A stretch of 64,000 nucleotides of DNA from assembly GCA_001949185.1 (NCBI GenBank), contig BDGG01000003.1, positions 4,647,092-4,711,091 on the forward strand. The letters run 5' to 3'. This DNA is from Ramazzottius varieornatus (taxonomy: Eukaryota > Animalia > Tardigrada). This document shows, piece after piece, positions 63,926 through 64,000 of the stretch (within the stretch, counting starts at the first letter, position 1; each line of letters begins with the position of its first letter). The position numbers and the translations under genes are program-made. The notes below the pieces were generated by a model that saw only the letters and a list, made by a program, of their open reading frames with translations, ran no database searches and had not been told where the DNA came from.

Positions 63926-64000
63926 ATTCGAGGTCTTGAAGCACCCCGAATCCTCCTCACCATGTACCAGACTTTAAAGGGTTCGTTTCAAAACAGGAAT

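Overview
Gene-dense eukaryotic (invertebrate animal) genomic DNA with short GT-AG introns and one 50-N gap (49771-49820). The compactness and an Ig/DB-module/FN3 gene suggest an ecdysozoan such as a tardigrade; this is inference only. Recognisable genes are C1orf43/NICE-3, an Ig-DB-FN3 receptor, NADK2, V-ATPase subunit d, OPA1, an ApoD-type lipocalin, glutaminyl cyclase, tRNA-Leu(TAG), CNOT3, MPC1, RRN3, PLEKHF/phafin, ABHD16A, GPI and FAM98. There are also several orphans, two intron-containing genes of microbial-type families (DUF1761-like, NmrA-like) and two decayed pseudogenes. The main unexplained structure is a dispersed palindromic element at about 36 loci. Its core is AAGTGGCGCA-N27-TGCGCCACTT inside longer inverted arms. 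Half-sites and spacer length are conserved while spacer sequence diverges, and copies lie mainly in introns and are absent from divergent promoter regions. Other highlights are a single TAG replacing the invariant Trp of an otherwise intact lipocalin, a 4-nt microexon in MPC1, and a TA-flanked mariner-like element nested in one palindrome copy. Exon boundaries were assembled by eye, repeat boundaries are approximate (about 10 bp), and family assignments rest on recalled motifs, not database searches.
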